Counted from the stretch's first letter, positions 48,153-61,765 are shown. The stretch: DNA of 64,000 bases from Centroscyllium fabricii (GCA_051313645.2 JBNRSN020000029.1:20150001-20214000); one strand, 5' to 3'. Made by a program: numbers and translations. Notes: generated by a model from the sequence alone, not told the origin.

Positions 48153-50645
48153 GGGCCAGAAATTCCGCTTGACCCGTTTCGTGGGCATCGTTTCCGTTAT
48201 GTTGCCCACGGGAGACGTCCAGTTTTTGCACTTGAAAATTGCGATACTGATTACCTCCTTCGTGGGCATCGTTTCTGCTCAGCCAGTTTTGGTGGGCAAC
48301 GTTTCTGCATGCTTGCTGCAGCAAGCCCCGCCCTCTGAGGGCTAATTTAAATGCACACGCCCCCTGATCAAAGTACAGAAAGTGCTGCAGAGAACTGCAA
48401 CCATTTTATTCAGCAGCAGAGTTTGGTAAATGTGCTTGCTTTTCAGCTGATTCAAACAATTTGTTTGAAAAAAACCGGCACCATTTTGGTTATGTAGCCC
48501 AGTCAATCCGTTCCGTGAATTGAGGGGGCCCTGAGTTCTTTAACTCCATCTTTCGTTCGTGAATCTTGGATCCTCTATAACAACAATTCCAGTAAATTTG
48601 AATACAATGAGCAAACACTCTTCAGTCTCATACTTTCAAGACTAAACATTAACCTCTACAACAATTAACACTCAGAAACTATTTTAATAATTAAAACAGT
48701 AACTTGTAAATTTATTTGCAAGGTAAAATATTCAACAGTCAAAGTAAACCTTAGCACATTTCTAACTTTCTGTCTTTAACCAAGAATTTAGAGTTACAGC
48801 ATTCAGTTACCTTAATCTCTTTTCAGTCAATGAGTTAAAATAATTTAGATTTTACATTACATCAATGAACTCACACACCTTGTGCCCATTGATATCAACT
48901 ATACTCTAAGCCGGCAGATTGAATTTACAAAATGGAAAAGCGTAGCAGGCCTGTTAAGTTCCTTGCAGACTTTGTAAATAAAACATAAAGTTTCTTCACT
49001 CTCATTAGAGCAATAACCAATCAATAGATCTTGGACCAGGAACAAACAATCAGCAGCTTGGCCTTTCACAAAGTGTTGAGTAAATCCAGCGTAGCCAGAG
49101 GAGTTCTGGAGCTGTCTCCAGGTCACTCAGAATGCTATCTGGTTATAATGGTTCATTCCGCTCAGGAATATTCTGAACCAAGCTACTGCCCCAAGCTCCA
49201 CGAGTATTTTACAGCCTCAGTCAGCCCACATCACTGCTTAAACTCTGCTAACTAGTCGAACATCTTCTCACGAGTTATCGGTATTAAACTTTGGTTCAAA
49301 GCCCTCTATAATCTCGTTAAAGCATATTCCCAAGACCAGTTATGGCTCAAAGGAGTCCACTGCTCTCCAACTCCTTCCCCCTTCTCTCTCAATGGTATAC
49401 TGCCTCTCCGGGCTTCTGCCGCTCTGGGGTTCGCTCTGTGCCACTCAGAGGTAGCCCAGTGGCTCCAGGAAGACTGCTGAGCATTACACAGCCCTCTATC
49501 CGACGACTGCTACTCACGGCTTAGGAAGACTGCTGAGCATTACACAGCCCTCTATCCGAGGACTGCTACTCACAGCTTACAGCTCTGCTCCCTTACCCAG
49601 ACTCCAACTCCTCCTTTCTTCAGACTATGCTCCAAAAAGCTCCTTTTTTCCAGCCAACACTCTAAAAAGCTCCTTCTCTCCTTCAGCCCATGCTCCAAAA
49701 AGCTCCTTCTCCTCTTCAGCCCACGCTCCAAAAAGCTCCTTCTCTCCTTCAGCCCACACTCCAAAAAGCTCCTTCTTCCCCTCTCTCCAGCTTAAACTGC
49801 TAGTTTTAACTACTCTCCTGGGGTCATGTGACCACACTTTGCAACTCCTGTTTTAACTATCAACAGCTGTTGCTCTGGGCTGTTTATGTCTGTGTCTCCC
49901 AGGTCCTAAAGTCCACCCCCTTAACAGCCGAATTATTCACAGGGCTACAGTTAAAAAAACGGGGAAAAAACACTTAAAAACGCGATTTTTTATTTTTTTT
50001 CTAAAACATAACACTCACTCACAACTTTTACTAAACACCACTCAAACATCAAAACTGAAATTATTTTGCTGGAACTTAACTTTTAGCAAAGCAAGCCTTA
50101 ACAGAAACATTTCAGCACTCCACCAACTAAAATGTAAAACGCATTTCTCAGTTAACTGAGACTGAAATCCAAAAAAAAATACTTTCAGCAGTGGGGGATT
50201 AGAAGGTACTTAATTTGGTTGAAAAAAACAGCACCATTTTGGTTAAAAAAAAACGGTGAAAAAACACTTATAAACGTGATTTTCAAATTTTTTTCTAAAA
50301 CATTCACACTCACAACTTTTACTAAACACCACTCAAACATCAAAACTGAAATTAATTTGCTAGAACTTACCTTTTCACGCTGAAAAAGTCCTTTCACCGT
50401 TCCACACAAGCAGTTGCTCCAGCTTTTTTCAAGTGCATCTGAAGGTAACGTTGCCCACAGAATCACGGAAAAAAATGACCCTTTTTCAATCGGAATTTTT
50501 GGGTGCAACTCATTCCTGGTTATTATGCTGAGGGCCCTTCTCCCTCAGTATCGGAAATTTCGGATCCGTGGACATCTCGGATCCGTGGGCATTTTTCGTG
50601 GGCATCGCCGTGGGCATCTGCTTTAGGCATCGGAATTTCTGGCCC
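48153..50645. mobile_element. Second copy of the same family inserted in opposite orientation
   Basis: TIRs GGGCCAGAAATTCC / GGAATTTCTGGCCC, TSD aat/aat. Host sequence resumes colinearly. Confidence 0.8.
48493..49949. mobile_element. 1457-bp solo LTR with internal tandem repeats
   Basis: TGTAGCCC...GGGCTACA ends and perfect 4-bp TSD gtta/gtta. An approximately 57-bp duplication (49466-49580) and approximately 33-bp ctccaaaaagctccttc repeats (49625-49780). Confidence 0.82.
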
Positions 50646-52819
50646 AATCAGTATTGGAAATTTCAAGCGCAAAAACGGGACGTCTCCCGTGGGCAACGTA
50701 ACGGAAACGATACCCACGAAACGGATCGAGTCGAATTTCTGGCCAATTAACTTCGAGATACAGCAGGAAATAGCACGGGTGAAGGGGCATGGCAATAAAT
50801 GGTGGGTTGCAGAGTTTTGTAAGTGATCCTTGCACTGAGCACTGGGGCTGTGATCACGGACTGGGATGTGTGTTACTGTGCAGAGTGAAGAGGTTCTAAC
50901 ATGAGCAGCTGGTCGCTCGCATCAGCTGTCCAATCTGGAAAACATCACACCTGGCCATTCCACCGGGAGAGGCCCTGCCGCTCTTTGTGAATCCGGGAAC
51001 CTGGTTACAAAATAGAGCAGATGCGTTCACCGTCAGGAAACCGGAATAACGGGATCCCGGAGTCGCACTGCACAGTTTGCACTCATGCAAGGGCTAGTAA
51101 TAGTTAAAAAAATATTTAAAACATACAACAATTTGTTATAAATGAGTAAAATTGTTTGCAGATGGGCTAAAGCATACAGTGGTCTCTGAGTTACGCCTTA
51201 CGGTTTTAATATGAGAAGGAAAGCTCATCATAAGTACTTGCATAACTTGGCTCAAGACCAGCTGAAGATCTACATAACCTGGCCACAGATCATGTGCTAC
51301 ATCACAACCTGGGGGCACTAAGATATTTTCAGGGCCTCGGCATGTCGGTGCTAAACATGGGTAGGTGTATTTCTTTCATTACAGGTTATTATTGGGCAGG
51401 CTTTTGAATTGGTTTTGTTGTTAATATAATTCTACACCCTGCACCAATTATAGATATTGACTGAGAGTCATGCCATATTTTTCTGCCATATAAAAAATGA
51501 TTATTTGTCTTATAAAGCCCAGGTTTATGCCTGCCGTCACTTACGAGTTAAAAAAACTCAGTTAAATTTATAGGAGTAGAGATTCTGCTTGTTTTATCAA
51601 TGCAATCCGAGTGAAATTAGCTGAACCAGTGCCAAAGCTCGTGATAATTCAAGCGTGTGTTACGTCAAGCGTAAACCAAATTTACGCGATCTTTAACGAT
51701 AGTTTCAAAGTCATTTTCCCAGAATTCGGCCCTGTGCACAAAGCTGGCTATGCCGCCAATGGAATTAATAACCATGGCGAGTTTGCGCCGATTCTGTCAG
51801 TTCCAGGAGGGTCTTGAAATTGAGCTTTTCTCAACTGCATAGGCACCAGTCGGCATGGAAAAAGGTTTCTACAGGTAAAACAGAAATGACTTAGAAACTG
51901 ACTAATGTACACCAATAAATCCACTGAATGGTTCCGTTTGTTTAAAAAACATAATTTTCTGTGCGCTAAAATGAAGTGGTTGGAGTGACTCAAACAGATT
52001 AAATTCAGATCCTAGCTCCAATATTAATGAGTATTTCCCCTTGATTCCTTTGGTTGAGGGGAATAAAACTCTTCGTCTTTTGGATCTCACCACACAAGTG
52101 GGCCAAATTATTACCAATCTCACTCTGGAGGGCTACCATTCCCAGTTGCTGGACTACTTTCCTTTGAAACAGCTAAACATTCCTGAAGTGGGTTGTTTCC
52201 CAAGTGGAATGCTTGTCCGAGAGGTGCCTGGAATTCGGAGTGGACCCTGGAGCCATCCCAAATTCTGTCACAGGGTCATGGAAGTTGCTAGACAAATTCG
52301 AGTTTTTTTCCTTCTTATACAAATCAGCTTTATTGGACATTGCCTCGAACCTATTCTCTAATGTAATATCAATTTCAGAGGGAATTGCTGGAATACCTTC
52401 AGGATTGTCACCGGTACGTTTTATATATTTTTTCCAACCATTCCCCATCCATGTCCCCATAATCCAAACATTAATTTGACATTGAAGTACCAACCACCAG
52501 CTGATCTTTCGTGGTTCACAGCCGCCATGAGGAAACGCCCATTTCATTTCTAGGGGGCTGCTTATGCAAGGCATCAGCTATCCCCCTTTGAATTTACTCC
52601 AACTAAAGGAAATACCCAGAGGAGTACGATTATGGACATTAAATAATGAAGAGTTTAGTCGCCGAAGATGGGGATGGTGAAAGTAAAAAACAACTATTCT
52701 TTTTACAAAAGAATTATGAATATTGGACATCCTGGAGAGATGTATGTTAGACAGCTTGAGAAGTTAAGGGTTAAAGTCGAACTTTTTTCATCTTAGAACA
52801 ACAGTTATTTCAAGATAAA

Positions 52820-55690
52820 GAGTCATAGAGTTTCACAGCACAGAAAGAGGCCCTTCGGCCCATCGCGTACATGCCGGCAATCGAGCCATGTCTACTCTAG
52901 TCCCATTATCCTGCATTTGGTCCGTAGCCTTGTATGCTATAACACTGCAAGTGCTTATCCAAATGCTTCTTGAATGTTATGAGGTTTACTACCTCCATCA
53001 CCTTATCAGGCAGTTAGTTCCAGATGCAAACCACCCTCTGGGTGAAACGGAGCTTCCTCAAATCCCCTCTGCACATCCCGCCCCTTACCTTTTAGCTATG
53101 TCCCCTTGTGATTGACCCCTCTACCAAGGGAAAAATAGACTTTTTTTCACTCTATCTATGCCCCTCATAATTTTCAACACCTCAAGCATGTCCACACTCA
53201 GCCTTCTCTGCTCTAAGGAAAGGGAACGCAGTCTGTCCAGTGACTCTTCATAGCTGAATCGCTCCAGCTCAAGTAACATACTGGTGAATCTCCTCTGCGC
53301 CCTCTCCAAGGCAATCACATCCTTCCTATATTGTGGCGACAGAACTGCACACAAGACTCCAGCTGTGGCCTTACCCGCGTTTTGTACAGCTCCATCATAA
53401 CCTTATATTCTCTGCCTCGGCTAATGAAGACAAGTATCTCATATGTCTTTTTAAATACCTTATCTACCTGTCCTGCTGTCTTCAGGGATCTATTTACATG
53501 CACACAAAGGTCCCTCTGATCCTCTGTCTTTTCTAGGGTCTTACAATTCATTGTGTATTCCCTTGCATTGTTTGTCCTTCCAAAATACATCACCTCACAC
53601 ATTTCAGGGTTAAATTCCATTTGCCACTGCTCCGCCCATCAGACCAACTCATCCATGTCGTCCTTCAAGTTGCGGAATTCCTCCTCGATATTTACCAACA
53701 CCCAACCTTTGTGTCATCTGCAAACTTACTGATCATGCCTTTTACATTACAATCTCAGTCATTAATATAGACTACACACAGCAAGCGACCCAACACCGAT
53801 CCCTGCGGTACCCCACTGGACATAGGCTTCCAGTCACAAAAACAAAGTTCGACCATCACACTCTGCCTCCTGTCACTAAGTCAGTTTTGGATCCACGGTG
53901 CCAAAGTGCCCTGGATCTCTTGGGCTCTTACCTACTTGACCAGTTCCCTATGTGGGAACTTATCAAAAACCTTACTTAAATCCTTGTATACCACATCCAC
54001 TGCACTACCCTCAGCCACACACCTGGTCACACCTTCAAAAAATTCAATCAAATTAATCAGACATGATCTTCCCTTGACGAGGCCATGCTGACAATCCTTA
54101 ATTAACCCTTGCCTCTCCAAGTGGAGACCAATTCTGTCCCTCAGGATTTTTTCTGGTAATCTCCCCACCATTGATCTCAGGCTCACCGGCCTGTAATTCC
54201 CTGGTTGAACCCTACTAACGTTCTTGAATAATGGCACTACATTGGCCATTTTCCTATCCTCCGGTACATCACCTGTGGCCAGTGAGGTTCTGAAAATTAG
54301 TTTCAGATCCCCTGCATTCTCTTCCTTAGCTTCACCCAGCAGCCTGGGATACATCTCGTCAGGGCCTGCAGACTTATCCACTTTTAAGCCTGATAAAACC
54401 TCTAAAACCTCCTCCCTGTCAATACTAATATGATCAAGTGTATCGCATTCCTCCTATCGTATCTCTATGTCCACATCGCCCTTCTCCACAGTGAACACAG
54501 ATGCAAAAAATGCATTCAAAACACGACACACATCATCTGGCTCTACACATATTTTCCCACTTTTGTCCCTAATAGGCCCCACTCTTTCCCTCGTTATCCA
54601 CTTGCCCTTAATATACTTATAAAAGAACTTACGTTTTTCTTCTGTTTTGCCCGCCAGTGTTATCTCATGGCCCCTCCTCGCTCTCCTAATTTCTTTTTAA
54701 TGTAGCTCCTTGCACCTTCTCTACTCCTCTAGCGCCTCCTCTGTCTTTAGTTATTTATGTCTGCAGAAAGTCCCCCTTTTTTCCGAATCAATTCACATAT
54801 ACCCCTTGACATCCATGTTTCCCTGGGATTATTGGTTCCACCCTTGATCTTTAGGGGAACAAGTTTCCCTTGTACTTTCTCAATTTATTTTCTGAACGCT
54901 TCGCACTGTTCTGATGCAGACTATCCTTCGAGTAGCTGGTCCCAGTCCACTTGGGCCTGCTCCTGCCTTATCATTTTAAAATCGGCCTTGCCCGAATTTA
55001 GAACATTTATTTCTGGTCCATCTTTGTCCTTGTCCATTACTACCTTAAATATTAGCGAATTATGGTCACTGTCCCCAAAGTGCACTGCTACTGATACTTC
55101 TTCCACTTGCCCGTCCTCATTTCCCAGAATTAAGTCTAATGCCACCACCTCTCTTGTAGGACTTCCTACATACCGGCTCAGAAAGCTCTCCTGGATGCAG
55201 TTTAAGAATCCTGCACACTCTACGCCCTTCACACTTTGGCTATCACAGTCAATATTGGCGAAGTTGAAATCCCCTACTATTACTACCCTATTATTTCCAC
55301 ACTTCTCCGAGATTTGCCTGCAAATCTGTTCCTCTATTTCCCTCTGACTGTTTGGGGTTCTGTAGTATACTTCCAGTAATGTGCTTGCGCCCTTCTTATT
55401 TTTAAGTTCCACCCAAATAGCCTCACTAGAGGACCCTGCCAAATCCCTTCTGACAACTGCATTTGACTCCTTTATTAATATTGCGACACCCCGTCCTCCT
55501 TCCCACCTCCATTTCTTGCCTGAAGATTCTATACCCCGGAAAATGGAGCTTCCATTCCCGCCCCTCCCAGACGCATGTCTCTGTAAATTCAAAAATTTCA
55601 TTTTCCCATTTGTTGAACAACACCTTCAATTTATCCCCCTTATATGCCTGACTACTTGCATTAAAATGCATGCCATTTAAACTTGCCCTA
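52820..55690 (-). mobile_element. CR1 LINE with most of ORF2 (AP endonuclease and RT), decayed
   Basis: GRGVAILIKE, YYRTPNS, IVGDFNF, LDLILGN, GDSDHN (endonuclease). PGNYRPVSL and RT motifs. Same subfamily as 160-3907. Confidence 0.93.
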
Positions 55691-57124
55691 CCCCATTGTG
55701 CCGAGACAGATTTGTTCTACCTGTAAAATTGTTTTTTATAAATGCAATGATACGAGCTCCATAGCGAATTTGACTTTTCAATGACGCAAGATGGCGTTAA
55801 ACGCATTGACTCCTGTCAGAAGGATGGGAATTAATGGAAAGATGGACAAATAATTTCAATTTCCAAAATCCAGGGTTGAATGCTTTGAGTTGACAGTGAA
55901 CTTGGGATGATTGCAAGGTATTGGAGAAAATACTTAGCAATAATACCTCCAAAATGGATACTGTCACAAGGGGAGTGCGATAATATTCAATGTCTCTGAT
56001 TTCTTGATATTCTGCTGTATATCTATAAAGACGTTTCCATATACTCTACGATCAACTGTGTCTTGCATATTCGAAACGTGTTGTTTTGAACCATAGAAGG
56101 ACGGAGGTTGATTTCTTCAATTTGATACTCTAATGGTTTGTTGCGACTGTTTAGTGAGATTGATACAATATCAGGAAAAAATAAGATGGGCATGCATCTG
56201 ACATGGTGCAAGTGCTTGAGAGTAACCAGTGAGAATGTAATCTAGATCAAACTGCTGTCATATTGGCCACTATAATATTAGGACTGTTACTACTTAGTGT
56301 TTGGAAATTATTCAGGTGAAGTTGTTCCTAATCAGCTGTTGTCGACACTGCGCATTATCAGATTCCTATGTTTGTCCCCCAAGCTCCTACTTCTACTCTG
56401 CCCCTGTGACATCAGTGTACTGACCCTGATTTACTGGGGCATGATCTAGGACCTATTCGGAATCATCGGGGTATTCGCAGCATTGTGTAACATGCAACAG
56501 AACTCTGTGCTGTCGGAAATTGTGATGTCCGGTACCGCAGGCAACTGAAAAGTCCTCTTACCTGTGGATCAGTAGGAGCAGGAATGCTCCTCTGAGTCGA
56601 ACAAAGCATGCTTGAATTTCCCCTAACATGGGCTCCCCCCTTCTCCGTCTATCCACTTACCTTTTGCTACGTAGCGGTTCATTGAAGATCCCAAGTTGCA
56701 GCACACTGTCACGTGTTTTTTCGGACCTGTGAGCAACTTTCCACCGAATTCTCGGCAGTGTACGGAAAGTAACACAGCAGCTGGCGGACTATTTATTCCC
56801 GGCCATTCAAGTCGGCGGAGCCTGCGCAGTGCTTCTCCCAAGCACACGTGCCACACACACACTCCAGCCCGAGAGTTAAAATAAAGTTCAGAAGTGACGT
56901 AATTTCCGCTACTGCTGTGGCCCAAACACCACATGCTCCGCCTTCTCTGTCCAGCATTTCAGATCTCCATTCAAAAAATAAGACACGGAATCTTGATGCA
57001 TGATGGGTACAATGAATCCCTAATTCAACAAAGTGGCGAGGTCGACAGACGTCAGCGTTTATGAGGCACTGGTTTCTCTATATAAATGTAATGGCTCCTT
57101 CAAATAAAGGAATATTTAATAGTC

Positions 57125-57378
57125 CAAATATGGGCGGGTTAGGTTGATTGGCCATGATAAATTTACCCTTATTATTAGAGGGATTGAATGTGTGGGGTTG
57201 CGGGGATAGGGAGAGATATGTGTCGCTGCAGGCTCGATAGGGATCGAGAGATATGGGGACAAGGCAGGCACAGGGTGCTGGGTTTGGATGATCAGCCATG
57301 ATCTCATTGAATGGCGGTGTAGTCTCGAAGGGCCGAATGGCCTACTCCTGCTCCAATCTCCTAAGTCTATATCTATGT
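57125..57378 (+). mobile_element. 5'-truncated HE1-type SINE
   Basis: Matches the 3' two-thirds of 41333-41730. Confidence 0.8.
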
Positions 57379-58159
57379 CTCATACCAGAGACATTAAATT
57401 GACCGATTGTTAATCCATGTGGATTAACATTCCAAATAGATTGTCAACTTCAAGCACAACTAGTTAGGTTTCTGCTTCATCAATATGCAAACAAAGGTAA
57501 GGAAATAAACAAAGAAACACCCTATACAATGATACATAGTGTATTTTTTCAAAGATTGGCAAGTATGCACAGTTAACGTCATCACTGCCAGGAGAAAAAT
57601 GACAATATCTTAATGACATTAACTGTCATGCTTGGCTCAGCGTTTTAGAGGCTTACTCAAATGACATTCGATTGGACAAACTGCTAATCTAACTGTTAAT
57701 CGTTCTTTTAATTCCGTGCAAGTCCTGTTATTACTTCCAGAAATCTAACATTTCTGCATATCTATGAGGTTGCTCAGCTGTATTTAACAGAGTATTTCAC
57801 GTCCTGTTTTTATCTGATTGTTCTTCAAACGCACTCGCATTGAGACCACTTTAGATAAATTGTATTATTGTATATATTACGGAAGAGAGAGTACATTGTT
57901 TATATAACTAATATCTGGACAAATCTAATCCATCAATATGTATTTATCCATCAAATGTCGTGTCTTAAGTTATAATTAACGCTATCAGCTTCAGTAGTCT
58001 TGTAAATTGACTGAAGTAATGGAGATGTCGAAATCATTTCTTAGGAACGTATGATGTCAATAATATTCCAGATTCCTTTCTCATTTAACAAGCAAAATCA
58101 CTCCAAAATATCGCTGGTGGTAGCAGTGAATATGACACGCCTTAATCTGATAATTCAAT

Positions 58160-58230
58160 GGCTGTAACTAATGAAATGATTGTGTAATGCTCATGAGTCA
58201 CTTGAGGTTTCTCTTAGGTATAAATAAGAC
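58160..58230 (+). promoter_or_regulatory. Core promoter of the GPCR gene (TATA box, AP-1-like site)
   Basis: TATAAATA at 58219-58226 about 70 nt upstream of the ATG, TGAGTCA at 58194-58200. The block is conserved with the paralog at 43655-43725. Confidence 0.6.
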
Positions 58231-58294
58231 ATTACTTTGAAAGCAAACACCTGTTCCTCCAGAACATTACAGGCAGCGTCACTTCTCTCCGAAT

Positions 58295-61200
58295 ATGGGA
58301 CAGCCGGTGATCATACAGATTGAAAACATTTACTATCCGATTCTTGCAATAGTTGCTGTTCCTGGTAAGCCGCTTATAATCAGTTAATATTCATATTTAA
58401 CAGTGGTGTCGGTTTAAATATATTAACTGTTTCTTTTGATGTGTTTTGATTTGCAGATGCTGGTTACTGGCATCAAATAAATAACTCAAATGGCTCTGCG
58501 TTCCTCTGATACTGTAAATGTAAAAAGATGGGAGAAGCAGTTTACTCTGAGTATTTAATTTCAGCAATGTATTATGAATGTCTCTGCCTTGCCAGACTTT
58601 CTTCTCGTTATATGTTTGGGACAAACATTGGTATCGGATTAAGTAGCCAAACAAGCAATTCTGAAAGGGTTTCCCCAAGACAGCTCAGAAACAGGCAACG
58701 AAAGTGTTCTGTTATATAATTTTGAAACCAGGAGAACTGCAAAAGATGCTCCCGGACCCACAAGTAAACTCTGTCGCATTGTTGGCGTATTGTAGCCTCC
58801 CTGGGACGACTTCCTACCCGCAGATCTAACCGGCTCTTATATCAGCAACGGAGCTGACTGATTCCCACCGTTTTCAACAGGGAGGTGCGCAGTAGGATTC
58901 CGATTTTTTTACAGTGTTGTATCTATGTAAGTATTGGGAAAGTTACGCTGAAATATATCAGCCGTAACGATCCCTTTTTATCAGGTTTGTGTTTTATTTT
59001 AAGGAATGTAATATTTTTTTTACAGGTTTTTACTTTTTTTAAACTTTAAAGACATTTAAGTATTTTTTCAGGCCAGTTGAAAACTTTACATGTTTTTTCA
59101 ACATTTTTAGTTTTTCTATAAAATCGGTAATTTTTATGTTAGTTAGAGTATTGTTAAAAAATGTGGTGTTTTTTTTTTAGATATGTTTTTTTACCTCTTC
59201 CTTTACATAACTTACGCAGAAATCTCTGTGTAAGTTATCAATGGAGGATTGCTTCTATTAATTGGCTCCCCGCAGATCAGGTGGCCCCACGCGAGCTCTC
59301 GCACAAATTACCTCGCTGAGTTGCCACAGCATGGCGCCTGGAGCCTGAAGCAACTCTCCATATCGGGACTTCACATCGCAGAAATGGAGAACGGCAATGG
59401 CGGAGGATAAGTGGACCTCGGAGGCATACATCCGCAGGAAGCCTCCGAGGCTAATTTTTGGGCCATATATATGTTTTCCATTATATTGCGCTCATGAAGC
59501 AAATGGCCCAGAAATTCGGTTTGGAGGGTTCCCGTGAGTGCAAGCCTCCAGCCCATACTTAAGCAGCGCACTGGCTGTTCAGCAGTGCACCCGCATGGAA
59601 TCCCAATGTTGGGTACTCCAGAACTGTCGGCCCGCTGTGCTCCTGGATCTGAGCAGTGCCGTTCGAGCAAGGCTTCGCGCGGGACCATGTGGGCTGCGGA
59701 GAGCCAATCGGAGCACAGAATGCTCTATTCATAACTATTTTCAGGAAGATCTTTCAAACTTAGGAATAATGCAACACCAAAACCTCAGTAAAACTAAAAA
59801 TAAATTTTAAAAAACATCACATTTTTAAAATAACTATCAATTGCAGAAATTAGATATTTTAATCTAAAATGAAGTATTCAACAAAACAAAAATTAAAGCA
59901 TTTAACGGCGCTAAATATCAACTTAGCTGTCTTTAAATTATACAAAAACGAAAATAATGTGGATTTTTTTTTTTTTTTTAATCAATCACCACCTAGCTGC
60001 TGAAAACCAGTCTTTGCGCTAGAAAATAGCAGCCGTATCTTTTTCTAATACTTAACCGGATAAAATGTGTAAAAAAATCGCGAGTGCATTGTGCAGCCGC
60101 TGCCACATCCGCACAAGTGAGCCGATCCCTGACCCCTTCTTTCAGGATATCGGAAGTGCTGCTTTTATGCGCATGCCCAGTGCATGCCAGAAACTGGCAG
60201 TTACGATGGTCCTACACGTGAGCACCTGGCACGCATTGGGACCCTAATTTCTGGCCCAAGACTAAAAGATATATTGCATCAAAAATTGTATTATCACACG
60301 AAAATCTACAAGTCATTATATTTGAGGAGATTTGAAATGAGGAAGTACTTGGGAACATTTTCATTCGAGCGTTTGGCTTAAATCTTGTGTTGCGGATCGT
60401 CGGCCTGGTATTATCATTTAGTGGATCAGTATCGCTGGTTTCCACTTGAATAGACATATATAAATCTACCCGACAATGGGTGTGGAGGGACAGGGATAAG
60501 CAGATCATCTGTCCTTTTGACCTTTTTGCACCGAGCTGGAAATTCCTTTATGTTGACAAGAATTAAAATGAAAATCCTGGGAATTCAATTGAGGCCGCCA
60601 GCCATTAACCCCATTTTTGGTCCAGCATTGACTGCAGCATAGTTTTCAATCGAAATAACGCAGAAGAAGTTAGCGTCGTGCAATTATTAAAAATGTACCT
60701 TTTTAAGAATTACTGGGCTTATGCGCGAGACTGGGAGAAAGAGGGAGACAGACAACGATTTGAGGAAAAATAAAACGTTCCCTTTATATCATACAAAGAA
60801 CTGTCGACGGATCATCCGATCAGAGGAAAGAGAGTTATTAAATGAAGTTTCACTTTTTTGCAGCTACTTTGTTGACAATCGTCATTCTCTACCGTGGAAA
60901 GTGCGGTCTCTCGAAATGCATCACCCGTTACCTGATGGCCATGGCAGTGGCTGATCTTCTGGTCCTGATATTTGATGTAATTCTGTATGAGATAAACGAT
61001 GCTTTTTTCCCATATTCATTCCTGAATTACACTCCTATTTGTATTCTCAATATCACCTTGTATTATTTTGTCATTGATTGCTCTGTCTGGCTAACTGTGG
61101 CTTTCACCTTTGATCGATTTGTTGCTATATGTTACCAAACATTGCGAACAAAATATTGCTCCGAAAGGACTGCTGCTGTGGTGATAGCAGTGGTCTGTAC

Positions 61201-61765
61201 TTTAAGTTTTTTAGAAAATGTCCCTGTGTATTTTATATATGAACCTCGGGAAATAATTGATAACATGCCATGGTCCTGCTATGTAAAGTCGAGCTACTAC
61301 ATCTTAACCATATGGGTAGCATTTTTGTGGATGGAATCCATTTTAACCCCATTTGCACCATTTGTGTTGATCTTGCTGTTCAATGCCCTGACGATCAGAC
61401 ACATTGTCCTTGCCAATAGAGTGAGGAGGGGACTCCGAGGGAACAAGACTCAGAGTCACACTGATCCGGAGATGGAGAACCGAAGGAAATCAATAATTTT
61501 ACTGCTCGCTATATCTGGCAATTTTATCCTGTTATGGATGGTAACTTTCATAGTTTACATATTTGTGCAATTCACAGATACAACATTTATGGAAACAGAT
61601 TACAACGACCCTTTCAGCATTGCAGAACAATCCGGGTATATGCTTACGTGTTTTAGTGCTTGCACAAACACGTTTATTTATGCAATTTCCCAGAGCAAAT
61701 TCAGAGAGGAATTGAAGAATGTGATTACGCGTCCTCTGGGTCTCATTAATAATTTAATCAAATAA
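58295..61765 (+). CDS. Intact two-exon class A orphan GPCR, GPR139/GPR142-like (exons 58295-58364 and 60864-61765; 323 aa)
   Basis: Exon 1 MGQPVIIQIENIYYPILAIVAVP followed by G|GTAAGC. Exon 2 after tttttgcag continues in phase 1. Seven hydrophobic segments with AVADLLVL, FTFDRFVAIC and CTNTFIYA. AATAAA at about 61982. Confidence 0.93.
58730..59464. mobile_element. Intronic Harbinger-like non-autonomous element (left end uncertain)
   Basis: Ends in aatttttgggcc; GC-rich arms around a T-rich core. Confidence 0.45.
59505..60257. mobile_element. Intronic Harbinger-like non-autonomous element
   Basis: TIRs GGCCCAGAAATT / AATTTCTGGCCC, flanks aat/aag. Confidence 0.65.

Larger units (their letters stand above)
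47385..50745. mobile_element. Harbinger-like non-autonomous element hosting nested insertions
   Basis: TIRs GGGCCAGAATTTCG / CGAATTTCTGGCCA, TSD att/att. Interrupted at 48153-50645. Confidence 0.78.

Noticed and set aside
54757-55347. 196-aa plus-strand ORF
   Set aside because: Antisense shadow of the CR1 endonuclease region.
60842-60863. ATG at 60842 as the GPCR start
   Set aside because: It lies in the polypyrimidine tract/acceptor and would truncate TM1; a proper exon 1 exists at 58295.
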